NCBI GenBank assembly: GCA_964470065.1
Contig: CAYYAR010000004.1
Span: forward strand, 26,329 to 90,328
Length of the DNA: 64,000 nucleotides
Origin: an uncultured Verrucomicrobiota bacterium
GTDB lineage: Bacteria; Verrucomicrobiota; Kiritimatiellia; CAIVKH01
Direction of reading: 5' to 3'
The position numbers were made by a program, and so were the translations under genes. Shown here in pieces: positions 1-10,356 of this stretch (position 1 is the first letter of the stretch; each line of letters starts with the position of its first letter). The notes under the pieces are model-generated. The model was given only the letters and a program-made list of their open reading frames with translations. It did not search any database and was not told where the DNA came from.

Positions 1-83
1 ACAACCGAAATACGAGTGTTCATGAGTTGCGGCAGTCTAGGTGAGCAGATGATCGGGGTCAATCACCCATCGCGGATCAAGAT

Positions 84-160
<77 letters not shown>

Positions 161-202
161 ATGCAAAAGGAGAGGGGACAGTAAGAAACGATCTGTGTTT
201 TG

Positions 203-1384
203 TCAATCAGGGCGGGATGTTCGATTTACCAGTGCGAATCCGGCGACGGAAATACACAGCGCAGCGATCAGGATGGCGGCTTTCGCGCCCGCGGTGGATC
301 CGGTTACGTAACCGCCGGCGGCGCCCACGAGGGGGCCGGTGAGCATGCCGAGTCCTATGATCGACTCGTGCCACGCGCCCTGCTCGCCTTTCCGGTCGCT
401 GGCGTCGAGCGAATAATAAATGGACATGTAGTAACTCAACCCGAAGGAAAACCCGAGCAATAGGCATCCGGCAAGGGCGAGAACAACATGCCCGGAGAAG
501 AAAACGACGGCCAGCCAAACCGGTGCCGACCAAAGCGCATACAAACCCCAGCCGCGGTGATAATGCCATCCCTTCCACTGCGCGAGCACAAGAAATCCGG
601 TGGCGCGCGACACCAGTAGCGACGCGCCGAGCCAAATGGTCCATGGCTGGTTGAGGCCAAGGCGTTCGCCGAGATGCGGCGTGAGGGCGGCGAATCCGCT
701 GCCCAGAAAATAGGCAAATCCATTGGAAAGCCATGATAGCCGGGCCAAGCGGCGTTTCTCCCCCGCCTGCACCTCATGGCCGGCGTGTGCATAGTGCATG
801 GCCGTCTCGCCATCGATGCGGTGGCGACCGCGCTGGTGGCATATCCAGCCGAGCTGCAGGGCATGAATGCCGGCGGGAATCCAGAAAATCGAGTGGATGT
901 TCCACTGAAACACAAAGCCGCTCAACAGAAAGCCGGCCGCACCGGCAAATGACCATACCAGGTTGTAAATCCCGAGGCGCTGCGGCATGTTGAGTCGGCC
1001 GGGAATATGCATGCAGCCGGCCTCGAGCACTGGCCAGGTGGTGGCGATGAAAACGGCATAGAGGCAGGAAACCACCATCGGCATCCATCGCGCTTCCGGC
1101 AACCAGCCGAAGGCGCTTGTCAACCATGCGCCGGAAATGCCGGTGATGAGGATCCGGTTGTAACCGGCGCGATCACCGAGGCGCCCGCCGATTTGCGAGG
1201 CCAGCATGTGCGCGATACCTTGCACGGCCCCGAGAGCGAGATTTTCGATGTGACTATATCCGAATCGCGCTTGAGCCCAGAAAAATATGCTCAGCAAGAA
1301 GAGGGTTACGGCAAAGGCGTTGGCGCCTTCCACCAGATAGTAGTCGATCAGCCGTAGCGAAGGCGCGCGTTGTTCAGTACGCAT
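203..1384 (-). CDS. MFS family transporter (12-TM)
   Basis: ORF 203..1462; the start is trimmed to the ATG at 1384 (MRTEQ...), which overlaps the stop of the upstream gene. Hydrophobic multi-TM protein with Gly-rich loops typical of the major facilitator superfamily. Confidence 0.65.
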   Translation of the reverse strand: MRTEQRAPSLRLIDYYLVEGANAFAVTLFLLSIFFWAQARFGYSHIENLALGAVQGIAHMLASQIGGRLGDRAGYNRILITGISGAWLTSAFGWLPEARWMPMVVSCLYAVFIATTWPVLEAGCMHIPGRLNMPQRLGIYNLVWSFAGAAGFLLSGFVFQWNIHSIFWIPAGIHALQLGWICHQRGRHRIDGETAMHYAHAGHEVQAGEKRRLARLSWLSNGFAYFLGSGFAALTPHLGERLGLNQPWTIWLGASLLVSRATGFLVLAQWKGWHYHRGWGLYALWSAPVWLAVVFFSGHVVLALAGCLLLGFSFGLSYYMSIYYSLDASDRKGEQGAWHESIIGLGMLTGPLVGAAGGYVTGSTAGAKAAILIAALCISVAGFALVNRTSRPD

Positions 1385-2783
1385 TGGATCGCGCGAAGAA
1401 CGTGCGGGCGATGATCTTGAAGTCGAGAGCCAACGACCAGTTCTCGAGATAATACAAATCATAATTGATGCGCTCGTGAATGCTGGTGTTGCCGCGCAGA
1501 CCGTTAACCTGTGCCCATCCGGTTAGTCCGGGCCGGTAAAAATGTCGCCACATGTAGCGACTGATGTCTTCCTTGAATTGTTCGACGAAGTGCGGACGCT
1601 CGGGACGCGGACCGACCAGACTCATATCGCCTTTAAGCACATTCCAGAACTGGGGAAGCTCGTCGATGTTGCACTCGCGCATGAAACTGCCAATGACTGT
1701 TCGGCGGTCATCGCCTTCTTCTGCCCACACTGGTCCCGTTTTTTTCTCGGCATCCATCCGCATGGAGCGGAGTTTATAAATGGTGAACGACCGGCCTTTT
1801 TCCCCGCAACGCTCTTGCGAGTAGAACGCCGGGCCGGGCGAGGTGACTTTCACAAGGACGGCAAAGATGGCGATGATGGGCGCAGACAAGATCAAGCCTA
1901 TGGCGCTGCCGATAATATCTTCGAGGCGCTTGGCCAGTCGATTCCAGAAGAGATCAAGCGGCCACTTGGCGGTGCCGAGAATGGGAACCCCGTCGACGCT
2001 CTGGATCTCCATGTTGATGGTGAGCAGGCGGAATAAATCCGGCACAAAATTGAAGGAGATCATCGCCTTCTCGCAGTCGAGAATAATGGCGGCCATGCGG
2101 GCGTGAGGAAGGTTGCCGGGCGAGGACAAGATCACTTGCGACACTCCGCCAGTTTCCAGCAAGCTATGCAAGTCATCGACGGAGCCCTTGATCAAGTCGG
2201 TCGGGATGGAGGGATCCGGCGGTTCATGCCCCACGCGGAGAAAAGCAACCACCGCGGTGCGGAGGCGGGGCTCATGCTCCAGCGCATTGCGCAATCGGCC
2301 GGCCACCGGATCGGTTCCGATAATTACCACGCGATTGGAGACTCGTTTGCCGCGGGCAAGCAGAATTTCGATCCGGAACAAAACAAAACGGAAAACGACC
2401 ACGAACACGGAAATAGTGATGAAGGAAATGCCGATCGTCAGACGGGATAGGGGCGGGTTGAGTTGGAATACGTAAGCCAGCACGACACCGAGAAGAATGC
2501 CGATCCCGATTCCCCGGATCAGCCGGGGAATCCGTTCGCTGAAGGTCCCGAGTTGGGGTCGCGCGTAAAGGCCAAGCGCCTGGAAAATGAAACAAAAAAG
2601 CAGGGGACCCACGATGCTGGCATTAAAGTAGTGTTCGGTCGGAGGAAGCACATCCGGCGTGGCGAATATTCCACCCTGAAAACGAATCCACACCGCGAGC
2701 TTGAATCCCAAAAAAAAGGCCAGCGCATCCCCGGCGACGCCGAGCAACCCGCACATGACATCAAAAGTATCGCGACGTTTCAT
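1374..2783 (-). CDS. Polyprenyl-phosphate sugar-1-phosphate transferase (bacterial sugar transferase, WbaP/EpsB-like)
   Basis: 469 aa with N-terminal TM segments and the conserved C-terminal sugar-transferase block: KLRSM...DELPQFWNVLKGDMSLVGPRPE...NYDLYYLENWSLALDFKII. Confidence 0.85.
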   Translation of the reverse strand: MKRRDTFDVMCGLLGVAGDALAFFLGFKLAVWIRFQGGIFATPDVLPPTEHYFNASIVGPLLFCFIFQALGLYARPQLGTFSERIPRLIRGIGIGILLGVVLAYVFQLNPPLSRLTIGISFITISVFVVVFRFVLFRIEILLARGKRVSNRVVIIGTDPVAGRLRNALEHEPRLRTAVVAFLRVGHEPPDPSIPTDLIKGSVDDLHSLLETGGVSQVILSSPGNLPHARMAAIILDCEKAMISFNFVPDLFRLLTINMEIQSVDGVPILGTAKWPLDLFWNRLAKRLEDIIGSAIGLILSAPIIAIFAVLVKVTSPGPAFYSQERCGEKGRSFTIYKLRSMRMDAEKKTGPVWAEEGDDRRTVIGSFMRECNIDELPQFWNVLKGDMSLVGPRPERPHFVEQFKEDISRYMWRHFYRPGLTGWAQVNGLRGNTSIHERINYDLYYLENWSLALDFKIIARTFFARSNAY

Positions 2784-2913
2784 CTTTAAGGGACAATGTC
2801 GAAAGAGTAGCGCGGAAATCGTCCGACGACAAGCGCCCGGTGCCGGCTGTATGGGGCCGGGGCAGTTGTCTAATCCATAATCAGGCTTATCTTGTCACAA
2901 GGAGAATTAGATT

Positions 2914-3306
2914 ATGAAGGAATTCTGGAGCGAGTTGGGTGTGTTTGGTTTGCGCGTATCGTCCGGGTTGATGATGGCGACGCATGGTTATGCCAAGATC
3001 TTCGGGGGGCGGATGGAAAAGTTCACCGAAGGCGTGGATGCCATGGGATTTCCTTTTCCGGCATTTTTCGCCTGGGCAGCTGCCTTGTCCGAATTGATCG
3101 GCGGGGTGACGCTGGCTCTTGGTCTGGGCACGCGCGTGAGCGCGCTTTTGATTTATATGACCATGCTGGTCGCGGCATTTATCCGCCATGGTCAGGATCC
3201 ATTCGCCAAAAAGGAGCTCGCGCTGCTTTACCTTGCCATTATGTTTTTCTTTCTCTTGTATGGCGGCGGCAAGTGGGCGATCGACCGGTGCCGGCGCCGC
3301 GGATGA
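2914..3306 (+). CDS. DoxX family membrane protein
   Basis: 130 aa, 4-TM, DoxX-like (..ATHGYAKIFGG...LSELIGGVTLALGL..). Confidence 0.7.
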   Translation: MKEFWSELGVFGLRVSSGLMMATHGYAKIFGGRMEKFTEGVDAMGFPFPAFFAWAAALSELIGGVTLALGLGTRVSALLIYMTMLVAAFIRHGQDPFAKKELALLYLAIMFFFLLYGGGKWAIDRCRRRG

Positions 3307-3948
3307 TCAGGCCATGGGCAGATTGAGATGGTACAGGTTTGGTTGTTGCGGATCCTCCTCGAACCCCATTTTTGTGATGTAGCGGATATGTTTAGGCACG
3401 GAGCTGGATATTCTCAGTCGACGAATACCCCGGCGACGAAAATCCTCGTCCAGCGCCTCGCGGATAAGATAGCGGGTATTTTTGAGGTCCCGGTAGGGCG
3501 GGGTGGTGTAGTCGATATCGATCACCGCGCAATCCGCCTCGATGTGATATGAAAAAACGCCGACGGTCACGGCGTTGCGAATAATCAGCGTGTATTGCTG
3601 ATCGGGTGAAAGTTTTTCCGGAAAAAAGCGCGGGAAATGATAACCGATGTCGCGGGTGTAATAGCGGAAAAAATACTGCAGGTAAGGACTTTCCTTGTAC
3701 GTAACGGTGAGATAGTGGAAGTAATCCACCCGCTGGAGCATTTGGGCGATAAAAAACAAATCGATGCCGGCGATGACTCCGTTCAACACCGCCACCGGCG
3801 GGGAGCCGATCATCATGCCATATGCGGAAAATGCCACCGCGCCGACCAGGTTGACCCAGCGAAAATACCACAGGTTGGTGATCAGCAACGAAAGAGCAAT
3901 GATGCCGGAAGCTGCGTAGCCGAGCCATTCGGCGGGGGTAATGTTCAT
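3307..3948 (-). CDS. Hypothetical membrane protein (3-TM N-terminus plus soluble C-terminal domain)
   Basis: 213 aa; the N-terminal ~70 aa form three TM helices (YgjV/LAB_N-like), followed by an uncharacterised ~140 aa domain. Confidence 0.45.
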   Translation of the reverse strand: MNITPAEWLGYAASGIIALSLLITNLWYFRWVNLVGAVAFSAYGMMIGSPPVAVLNGVIAGIDLFFIAQMLQRVDYFHYLTVTYKESPYLQYFFRYYTRDIGYHFPRFFPEKLSPDQQYTLIIRNAVTVGVFSYHIEADCAVIDIDYTTPPYRDLKNTRYLIREALDEDFRRRGIRRLRISSSVPKHIRYITKMGFEEDPQQPNLYHLNLPMA

Positions 3949-4364
3949 AGTTATCCAATCTACGGTTGCGATTGATCACATTCAATCATCATTCCCATCC
4001 CAAGTTCCGCCTCGCCGATGGGGACATAGATGATGCAGCCGGAATGTGCTGCGGTTTATGAACCGCGATCGTGAGGTTTTCCCCGAGTGCGGCGGGAGGT
4101 GGCCCGGAGTACAAATTTTCGCCGTAGATGAAGAAGCGGTGGCCAAAAAAGACCATCCGCAAGGTGTTTGTAATCATTATGTTATAACTGTTACCCCCAT
4201 AAAAAGGTTTTTCCGGGTTGCCAACAACGAATCATTTCGTAGCCTGTTCTGATGTCCGGGAAGCGTGGGGCTTCTGGCGGACAAATTAGATCACGCGTTC
4301 AGCAAAACGATTCGTCAGCGTAACCCGTCGAAACGCTTTACTGAGGGGGAGAAAGGGTTGATCA

Positions 4365-5054
4365 ATGCAGTCGAGAATTAGTGAGTTCAAATTATGGGTG
4401 GTGATCATGTTGATTGGATCGATCGTCCTTTCGACCGAGATCGTCGTCAAGGCGCGCCGTCCTGCGACCGATGTTTGGCGCGAGATGCCAGCCGGTTTAC
4501 CCTCGGCGCCGGCGGTGGTTCCCGAGCTGGAAACCGTTGGCAACAGCGAGGAGCCGGCCGAGCCAACCGAGGAATTGATTACCAGTCTTCTCGTGGAATC
4601 GATCATCCAGATCGAGTCCGCAGGCAAGCCCGGCCTGGTCGGCGCCAAGGGCGAGCGAGGCCTGATGCAGATCATGGCCGGCACCTGGCGAGATACCACC
4701 CGGGACTTGTATGGCAAAACGCTTTCTTTTCACCGCGCCTTCGAGCCGGCGTTGAACCGGGAGGTGGGAACGGCGTATCTCGCCCGGCTCCATCATTTCC
4801 TTCAGCAGAACCGGAGCGAGTGGCGGGCCGATGAACGATCCTTGCTGCTTGCCTGCTACAATGCCGGTCCGCAGCGCGTCGCGCAGGCGAACTTCACGCT
4901 CAAGCATCTGCCGGTTGCGACGCGCGACTACATCGCCCGCGCCTCGGCGTTGCACGATCATTACCTGCAAGAACACGCGCTGCGATTGGCGCCGGCCGAT
5001 CGGTTCGCCATGGAAATCATCCAGGCCGATACGAGCCTCGCCCGCGATTCGTAA
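4365..5054 (+). CDS. Lytic transglycosylase (SLT domain), secreted
   Basis: Signal peptide, then the SLT catalytic block ESIIQIESAGKP...GLMQIMAGTW...AYLARL...CYNAGPQRV. Confidence 0.8.
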   Translation: MQSRISEFKLWVVIMLIGSIVLSTEIVVKARRPATDVWREMPAGLPSAPAVVPELETVGNSEEPAEPTEELITSLLVESIIQIESAGKPGLVGAKGERGLMQIMAGTWRDTTRDLYGKTLSFHRAFEPALNREVGTAYLARLHHFLQQNRSEWRADERSLLLACYNAGPQRVAQANFTLKHLPVATRDYIARASALHDHYLQEHALRLAPADRFAMEIIQADTSLARDS

Positions 5055-5137
5055 TTTTTTCCCTGGAACCGGCTTCCGTTCGCTCACCGAAAATCCTGTA
5101 GACGCGGGCGCCGGCCGCGTCCAATAATCCACCTCGT

Positions 5138-6436
5138 ATGAACGACACCGTCGTTTCCTGTCTGCGCGGCCTGCTGGGTATCGGTGCATTGATCGGCATC
5201 AGCTTCGCCCTTTCCACCAACCGGCGCGCCGTCGACCGGCGCCTGGTCATCACCGGGGTCTTGTTGCAAATCACCATTGCGGTGGCGCTGCTGAAAGTGG
5301 CTTTCCTGCGGGCGGGGTTCGAAAGCGTCTCCCGCTTCTTCATCCGGCTCATGGAGTTTTCCCGTAGCGGCGCGGAATTTCTGTTCGGCGGCCTGATGAA
5401 TCCCGACACCTTCGGATTCATCTTCGCCTTTCAGGTCCTGCCGACCATTGTGTTTTTCTCGGCGCTCACCTCGGCGCTGTATTACCTGAACATACTGCAA
5501 TACATCGTCTATGCCCTCGCGTGGCTTATGCACCGGACCATGCGACTCTCCGGCGCGGAAAGCCTCGCCGCCGCCGCCAACATCTTTATCGGCCAGACCG
5601 AAGCGCCCTTGGTGGTGAAGCCGTATCTGGCAAAAATGACCGCCTCGGAAATGCTCGCACTGATGACCGGCGGCATGGCGACAATTGCCGGCGCCGTGCT
5701 GGTGGCGTATGTCGCGATTCTCGGTGGCGGCGATCCCGGTCGCATGCAGTATTTCGCCACGCATCTGCTCGTCGCCTCGATCATTTCCGCCCCGGCCGCG
5801 CTCCTGACCGCCAAGATCATGTTGCCGCAAACGGAAGAGACCGATCGCGAGTTGTTTGTTCCCCGGCACCGTATGGGCACCAATCTGGTGGACGCCTTGA
5901 CCAGTGGCACCACCGAGGGCGTCAAGCTGGCGGTGAATGTGGCCGCGATGTTGCTGGTCTTCACGGCGATGATTTCGCTGGTCAATTATATCCTGCAGGA
6001 TGGCTTGGGCGCATGGACCGGATTGAACGAGCGAATCCGCTCCTTCGGCGATGGCCGCTATGCGGGATTGACGCTTCAGTTCATTCTTGGCGTCGTGATG
6101 GCGCCCGTGGCATGGGTGATAGGTGTTCCGGCGGGGGATTTGATGGTGGCCGGCCAGCTCATCGGCGAGAAAACCGTGCTGAACGAGTTTTATGCCTATG
6201 TTTCGTTTGGACAATTGAAGGATGCCGGCGTAATCGCGCATGAAAAAACCATCATCATTCTCACGTATGCGCTGTGCGGCTTTGCTAATTTCGCCTCGAT
6301 CGGCATCCAGGTTGGCGGCATCAGCGCCATCGCTCCTGGACAGCGAACCCTGCTGGCCCGGCTAGGCGCGAAGTCCATGATCGCCGGTACGATCGCCGCG
6401 TTGATGACCGCCTGCGTGGCGGGCATGTTGGAGTGA
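5138..6436 (+). CDS. nupC: Concentrative nucleoside transporter (NupC/CNT family)
   Basis: 432 aa; CNT signature FAFQVLPTIVFFSALTSALYYL...SGAESLAAAANIFIGQTEAPLVVKPYL...MTGGMATIAGAVL. Confidence 0.85.
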   Translation: MNDTVVSCLRGLLGIGALIGISFALSTNRRAVDRRLVITGVLLQITIAVALLKVAFLRAGFESVSRFFIRLMEFSRSGAEFLFGGLMNPDTFGFIFAFQVLPTIVFFSALTSALYYLNILQYIVYALAWLMHRTMRLSGAESLAAAANIFIGQTEAPLVVKPYLAKMTASEMLALMTGGMATIAGAVLVAYVAILGGGDPGRMQYFATHLLVASIISAPAALLTAKIMLPQTEETDRELFVPRHRMGTNLVDALTSGTTEGVKLAVNVAAMLLVFTAMISLVNYILQDGLGAWTGLNERIRSFGDGRYAGLTLQFILGVVMAPVAWVIGVPAGDLMVAGQLIGEKTVLNEFYAYVSFGQLKDAGVIAHEKTIIILTYALCGFANFASIGIQVGGISAIAPGQRTLLARLGAKSMIAGTIAALMTACVAGMLE

Positions 6437-6659
6437 GGTTTCCATGGGCGTTTACGATCGCGATTACATGCTCGAAAAAAAGCCGGAGAAGTTGACGCCG
6501 GCATCCACCAGTACTCCGCCGCGTCAACCCCCATCGCGCGCGCCGCTCTGGGCGCGAATCAAGTTCCGGTTGTGGTTATGGGTCAAGGGGCGCGGATAAA
6601 TTCCCCATTTGAAAATACCCCGGCTTCCGATAATCTTTTTCGCCTAAGGAATCACGTTT

Positions 6660-8321
6660 ATGTCCGATGAGCCAACTACCGCCGGGAAACCTTCGCACTT
6701 CATCCGCGATATTATTGCTGCCGATGTGGCCGCCGGCAATCAGGGCGCGCCAATGGTGGTGACGCGGTTTCCCCCTGAACCGAATGGTTACCTCCACATC
6801 GGTCACGCCAAGGCGATCTGCCTCGACTTCGGCATGGCCGCGGAGTTTGGCGGGCGCTGTCATTTACGCATGGACGATACCAACCCGGCCAAGGAGTCGA
6901 TGGAGTACGTCGAGTCCATCATGGAGGACGTGCGCTGGCTCGGCTTTGATTGGGGCGATCACTTTTATTTTTCCGCCGATTATTTCGAGCGGATGTTTGC
7001 GGTGGCCGAGGATTTGATCCGGCGCGGCAAGGCGTATGTGTGTGAACTGACCAGTGACCAGTGGAAGGAATACCGCGGCGTGCCGACGCGGCCGGGCCGT
7101 GAGAGTCCGTTCCGTCACCGCGCGCCGGAGGAGAACCTCGCGCTGTTTCATCGCATGCGTCACGGGGAGTTTCCTGACGGCTCGCTTTGTTTGCGGGCCA
7201 AGATCGATATGGCTTCGCCAAACTTGCATCTGCGCGATCCCGTGTTGTACCGCATCATGCGCGAGGCGCACTACCGCACCGGGGATGCATGGTGCATCTA
7301 TCCGATGTACGATTTTGCCCACCCGCTCGAGGATGCCTTCGAGGGTGTCACGCATTCGCTCTGCACGCTCGAATTCGAGGTGCATCGGCCCTTGTATGAT
7401 TGGGTGGTTGAACAGTTGGATCTGCCTTACCGCCCGCATCAGAACGAATTCGCGCGCTTGAATCTCACCTATACGGTGATGAGCAAGCGCAAGTTGCTCC
7501 AGTTGGTGCAGGAGAACCGGGTGTCGGGCTGGGACGATCCGCGCATGCCCACGATTTGCGGCTTGCGCCGGCGCGGCTATCCGCCGGCGGCGATCCGCGC
7601 GTTTGCCGCGATCATCGGCATCACCAAGTATGAGAGCCTCACTGACGTGGCCTTGCTTGAGCATTGCGTGCGCGATGAATTGAACAAAATCGCCGGACGC
7701 CGGATGGCCGTATTCAAGCCGTTGCGCGTCGTGATCGAGAATGCCTCCGATGTGCCGGCCACCGTGTCCGCGGTGAACAATCCCGAGGATCCTGCCTCCG
7801 GTACCCGCGAAATACCTTTCGGTCCGGAAATCCTGATCGAGCAGGACGACTTCATGCTGGAACCGCCGCCGAAATATTTCCGGTTGGCCCCCGGCCGATC
7901 GGTCCGCATCCGCTACGCGGGATTTCTGACCTGCATCGATGTGGTTCGTGGCGCAGACGGTTCGGTCGATGCACTGCGTTGCCAGTGGTCGCCTCCGGAT
8001 GCGGATCTCAAGGTCAAGGGGACGATTCATTGGGTGCCGGCCTCGGCGCCGGAAGCGCTGGTGCTTTTGTATGACCGTCTTTTTACCGTGCCCGAACCGG
8101 ATGCGGATGGCGAGAAGCCCTTTACGGAATACTTGAATCCGCATTCGCTGGAGGAAACGCAGGTGCGTATCGAGCCGTCGCTGCTGCAGGCCAAGGCCGG
8201 AGATCATTTTCAGTTTGAGCGTATTGGTTACTTCGTTGCCGACGGCAAGGAATTTGCCCCGGAGCGACCGGTCTTTAATCGCACTGTCACGCTGAAAGAC
8301 ACCTGGTCCAGGCAAAAGTGA
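6660..8321 (+). CDS. glnS: Glutaminyl-tRNA synthetase
   Basis: Class I HIGH motif (PEPNGYLHIGHAKA) and KMSKS motif (VMSKR), with GlnRS-like overall architecture (553 aa). Confidence 0.95.
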   Translation: MSDEPTTAGKPSHFIRDIIAADVAAGNQGAPMVVTRFPPEPNGYLHIGHAKAICLDFGMAAEFGGRCHLRMDDTNPAKESMEYVESIMEDVRWLGFDWGDHFYFSADYFERMFAVAEDLIRRGKAYVCELTSDQWKEYRGVPTRPGRESPFRHRAPEENLALFHRMRHGEFPDGSLCLRAKIDMASPNLHLRDPVLYRIMREAHYRTGDAWCIYPMYDFAHPLEDAFEGVTHSLCTLEFEVHRPLYDWVVEQLDLPYRPHQNEFARLNLTYTVMSKRKLLQLVQENRVSGWDDPRMPTICGLRRRGYPPAAIRAFAAIIGITKYESLTDVALLEHCVRDELNKIAGRRMAVFKPLRVVIENASDVPATVSAVNNPEDPASGTREIPFGPEILIEQDDFMLEPPPKYFRLAPGRSVRIRYAGFLTCIDVVRGADGSVDALRCQWSPPDADLKVKGTIHWVPASAPEALVLLYDRLFTVPEPDADGEKPFTEYLNPHSLEETQVRIEPSLLQAKAGDHFQFERIGYFVADGKEFAPERPVFNRTVTLKDTWSRQK

Positions 8322-9769
8322 ACCTGGACACATCCGCCGCGCACCCGCGCGCTCATGCTCCCGGCAGCTACCGGGAGGTCTTTGGTATCGCCTGGCCCCT
8401 GGTGGTCAGCATGGGCAGTTTCACGCTCATGCAGTTTATCGACCGCATGTTTCTCGCCTGGTACAGCCCGGTCTCGATCCAGGCCGCGCTGCCCGCCGGT
8501 ATTTTATCCTTCACGTTTGTATGCACCTTCATGGCGTTGTGTGGCTACGCCAATACATTTGTCGCGCAATACCATGGCGCCGGCGACCCCGCGGGGTGCA
8601 GTCGCTCGACGATGCAGGCGGTGTGGTTATCGGTCATGATCTGGCCGTTTTTGATTGTTTCCATTCCGCTGGGCTGGTGGTTTCTCGAATTGAGTCGTCA
8701 TGCGCCGGAGGTTCTCGCCGAGGAAATCGTTTATTTCACCTGGCTCACGGCGGGCGGGGTGCTGGTGCCGCTGGGCGCGGCGATCAGCAGCTTCTTCACC
8801 GGGCGCGGAGAGACGCGCACGAACATGATCGCATCGATGGCGGGCAATGTCGTGAATCTGGTGCTCGACTACATGTTGATTTTCGGCAAGTGGGGCGCGC
8901 CGGAAATGGGGATTCGCGGCGCGGCGATCGCCACGCTGATCGCCGGACTAGTGGCGCCGGCGATTTTGTTCACGCTGTATTTCTCCCGCCGTTATCATCT
9001 TATGTATCGCACCCGCGAACACCTCCGCATCGAATGGTCGCTCATGATGCGGCTGGTGCGATTTGGTCTGCCGTCCGGGCTTAATTTGTTGATCGATATT
9101 TCCTCGTTCAGTTTATTTATTTTAATTTCCGGCCGCATCGGCGAGCTTGCCCTGGCCGTGAGCAACATGGCGCTGAGCATCAACACGCTCGCCTTTTTGC
9201 CGCTGGTGGGATTGGGCATTGCCGCGGCGACGCTGGTTGGCCAATACCAGGGTCGCGGCGACTCCGCCACTGCGGCGCTGGCCGCGCGCCGGTCGGTAAC
9301 GATTGGATTGATCTACGTGATTGCGATTGGCGTCACCTACATTCTTTTTCCGCGATTGTATTTCTCCTTCTTTACCATGCGGGCGGAAAGCGGCTATTCC
9401 ATCGATGAGCTCATGGTGAGCGGGCGATGGATGCTCGTGATCATGGCGATTTGGGGTGTATTCGATGCGGTGAATATCATTCTCGCCGGCGCCTTGAAGG
9501 GGGCGGGTGATACGCGGTTTGTCTTGATCTATTCCACGCTGGTTTCGTGGGTATTCTGGGTCCCCGGTGTGCTGGTGATTGTGCTCGTGATGAAACTGGG
9601 GCTGCTGACCATGTGGCTGCATGCCGTAGCTTTTGTGGTGATTCTGGCCGCGGGATATGAGATCCGCTTCCGCCGCGGACGCTGGAAATCGATTCAAGTC
9701 ATCGAAACGCCGCCGCCACCCTCGGCGTCGCGCACCGGGGCCGAGGCGATGGCCGTGTCGGGCGATTGA
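8318..9769 (+). CDS. MATE family efflux transporter
   Basis: 483 aa, 12-TM, MATE/NorM-like. GTG start overlapping the glnS stop; stop TGA at 9767-9769. Confidence 0.85.
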   Translation: MNLDTSAAHPRAHAPGSYREVFGIAWPLVVSMGSFTLMQFIDRMFLAWYSPVSIQAALPAGILSFTFVCTFMALCGYANTFVAQYHGAGDPAGCSRSTMQAVWLSVMIWPFLIVSIPLGWWFLELSRHAPEVLAEEIVYFTWLTAGGVLVPLGAAISSFFTGRGETRTNMIASMAGNVVNLVLDYMLIFGKWGAPEMGIRGAAIATLIAGLVAPAILFTLYFSRRYHLMYRTREHLRIEWSLMMRLVRFGLPSGLNLLIDISSFSLFILISGRIGELALAVSNMALSINTLAFLPLVGLGIAAATLVGQYQGRGDSATAALAARRSVTIGLIYVIAIGVTYILFPRLYFSFFTMRAESGYSIDELMVSGRWMLVIMAIWGVFDAVNIILAGALKGAGDTRFVLIYSTLVSWVFWVPGVLVIVLVMKLGLLTMWLHAVAFVVILAAGYEIRFRRGRWKSIQVIETPPPPSASRTGAEAMAVSGD

Positions 9770-9802
9770 ATTTCGCCCCGGTCAGCGGCCGCGGCCACTG
9801 CC
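9692..9802. repeat. Direct repeat copy 1 (111 bp): the last ~25 codons plus stop of the MATE gene and 33 bp downstream
   Basis: Identical, apart from one mismatch (T/C), to 10246..10356. Confidence 0.9.
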
Positions 9803-10245
9803 TTGAGTTCAACATGTCAAACGCCTGCTATTGCAAGTCATTGAATGGCAAGGGTTGAGTTTTTGATCGGGGTCATTTCGGGTGTCTCATGCTATGTGGC
9901 TTGGTATGGCGACCAGTTGATCTGTGGCATCGTCCGTTGGCGCAGGTGATGGCTCGCGGCATCCGGCCGCATCGCGGCGGCCCATTTTGGGCGCTTTCGG
10001 TGTTGGGCTCTCGGTCGCGGACATGAGTCCAGCGACCGTTCGCCCGCCGTGAAATCGCCGCAAACTGGGCCTACCGCGATGCTCATTTCGCGTGCCGCGA
10101 AATGACCGGATGCCACTCGCGCTCACGCATCTATCCGCCGCCGACGGCGGATAGATAAAGAAAGCATCAACAACCGGATTCTCCGCAAGCTGATTCCCGT
10201 AGGCGTATGCTTGTACGTCAGGGTGTCCCATTGTTGAAGTCAGGA
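9803..10245. other. 443-bp non-coding insert between the 111-bp direct repeats; contains a perfect 12-bp-stem palindrome (10129..10156)
   Basis: No convincing ORF. Imperfect ~12-bp terminal inverted sequences (GAGTTCAACATG at the left end; reverse complement GACTTCAACAATG at the right). Palindrome ATCTATCCGCCG-CCGA-CGGCGGATAGAT. Confidence 0.5.
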
Positions 10246-10356
10246 ATTCAAGTCATCGAAACGCCGCCGCCACCCTCGGCGTCGCGCACCGGGGCCGAGG
10301 CGATGGCCGCGTCGGGCGATTGAATTTCGCCCCGGTCAGCGGCCGCGGCCACTGCC
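10246..10356. repeat. Direct repeat copy 2 (111 bp), a duplicate of the MATE 3' end
   Basis: See copy 1. Includes a second copy of the gene's last ~25 codons plus stop, with no upstream coding frame. Confidence 0.9.

Noticed and set aside
4046-4252. 68-aa ORF in the ~400-bp gap upstream of the lytic transglycosylase.
   Set aside because: No signal or domain, and it overlaps the divergent promoter region. It is likely non-coding.
5084-6241. 385-aa minus-strand ORF antisense to nupC. Similar long antisense ORFs occur at 6864..8333 (opposite glnS), 20208..21722 and 22398..23462 (opposite dprA/topA), 30718..31707 (opposite rimO), 32067..33161 (opposite hemH), 11988..13496 and 13830..14504 (inside the giant gene), and 48854..49750, 53587..54192 and 55987..57051 (opposite the kinase and ABC genes).
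   Set aside because: Their Arg/Gly/His/Pro-rich low-complexity translations, with no domain signatures, overlap well-supported genes. This is the expected stop-codon-poor antisense frame of high-GC DNA.
6444-6599. 51-aa ORF (MGVYDRDYMLEKKPEKLT...) in the nupC-glnS intergenic region.
   Set aside because: No Shine-Dalgarno site, Arg/Pro/Trp-rich composition, and below the usual size for confident calling. It may be a leader peptide, but this is unsupported.
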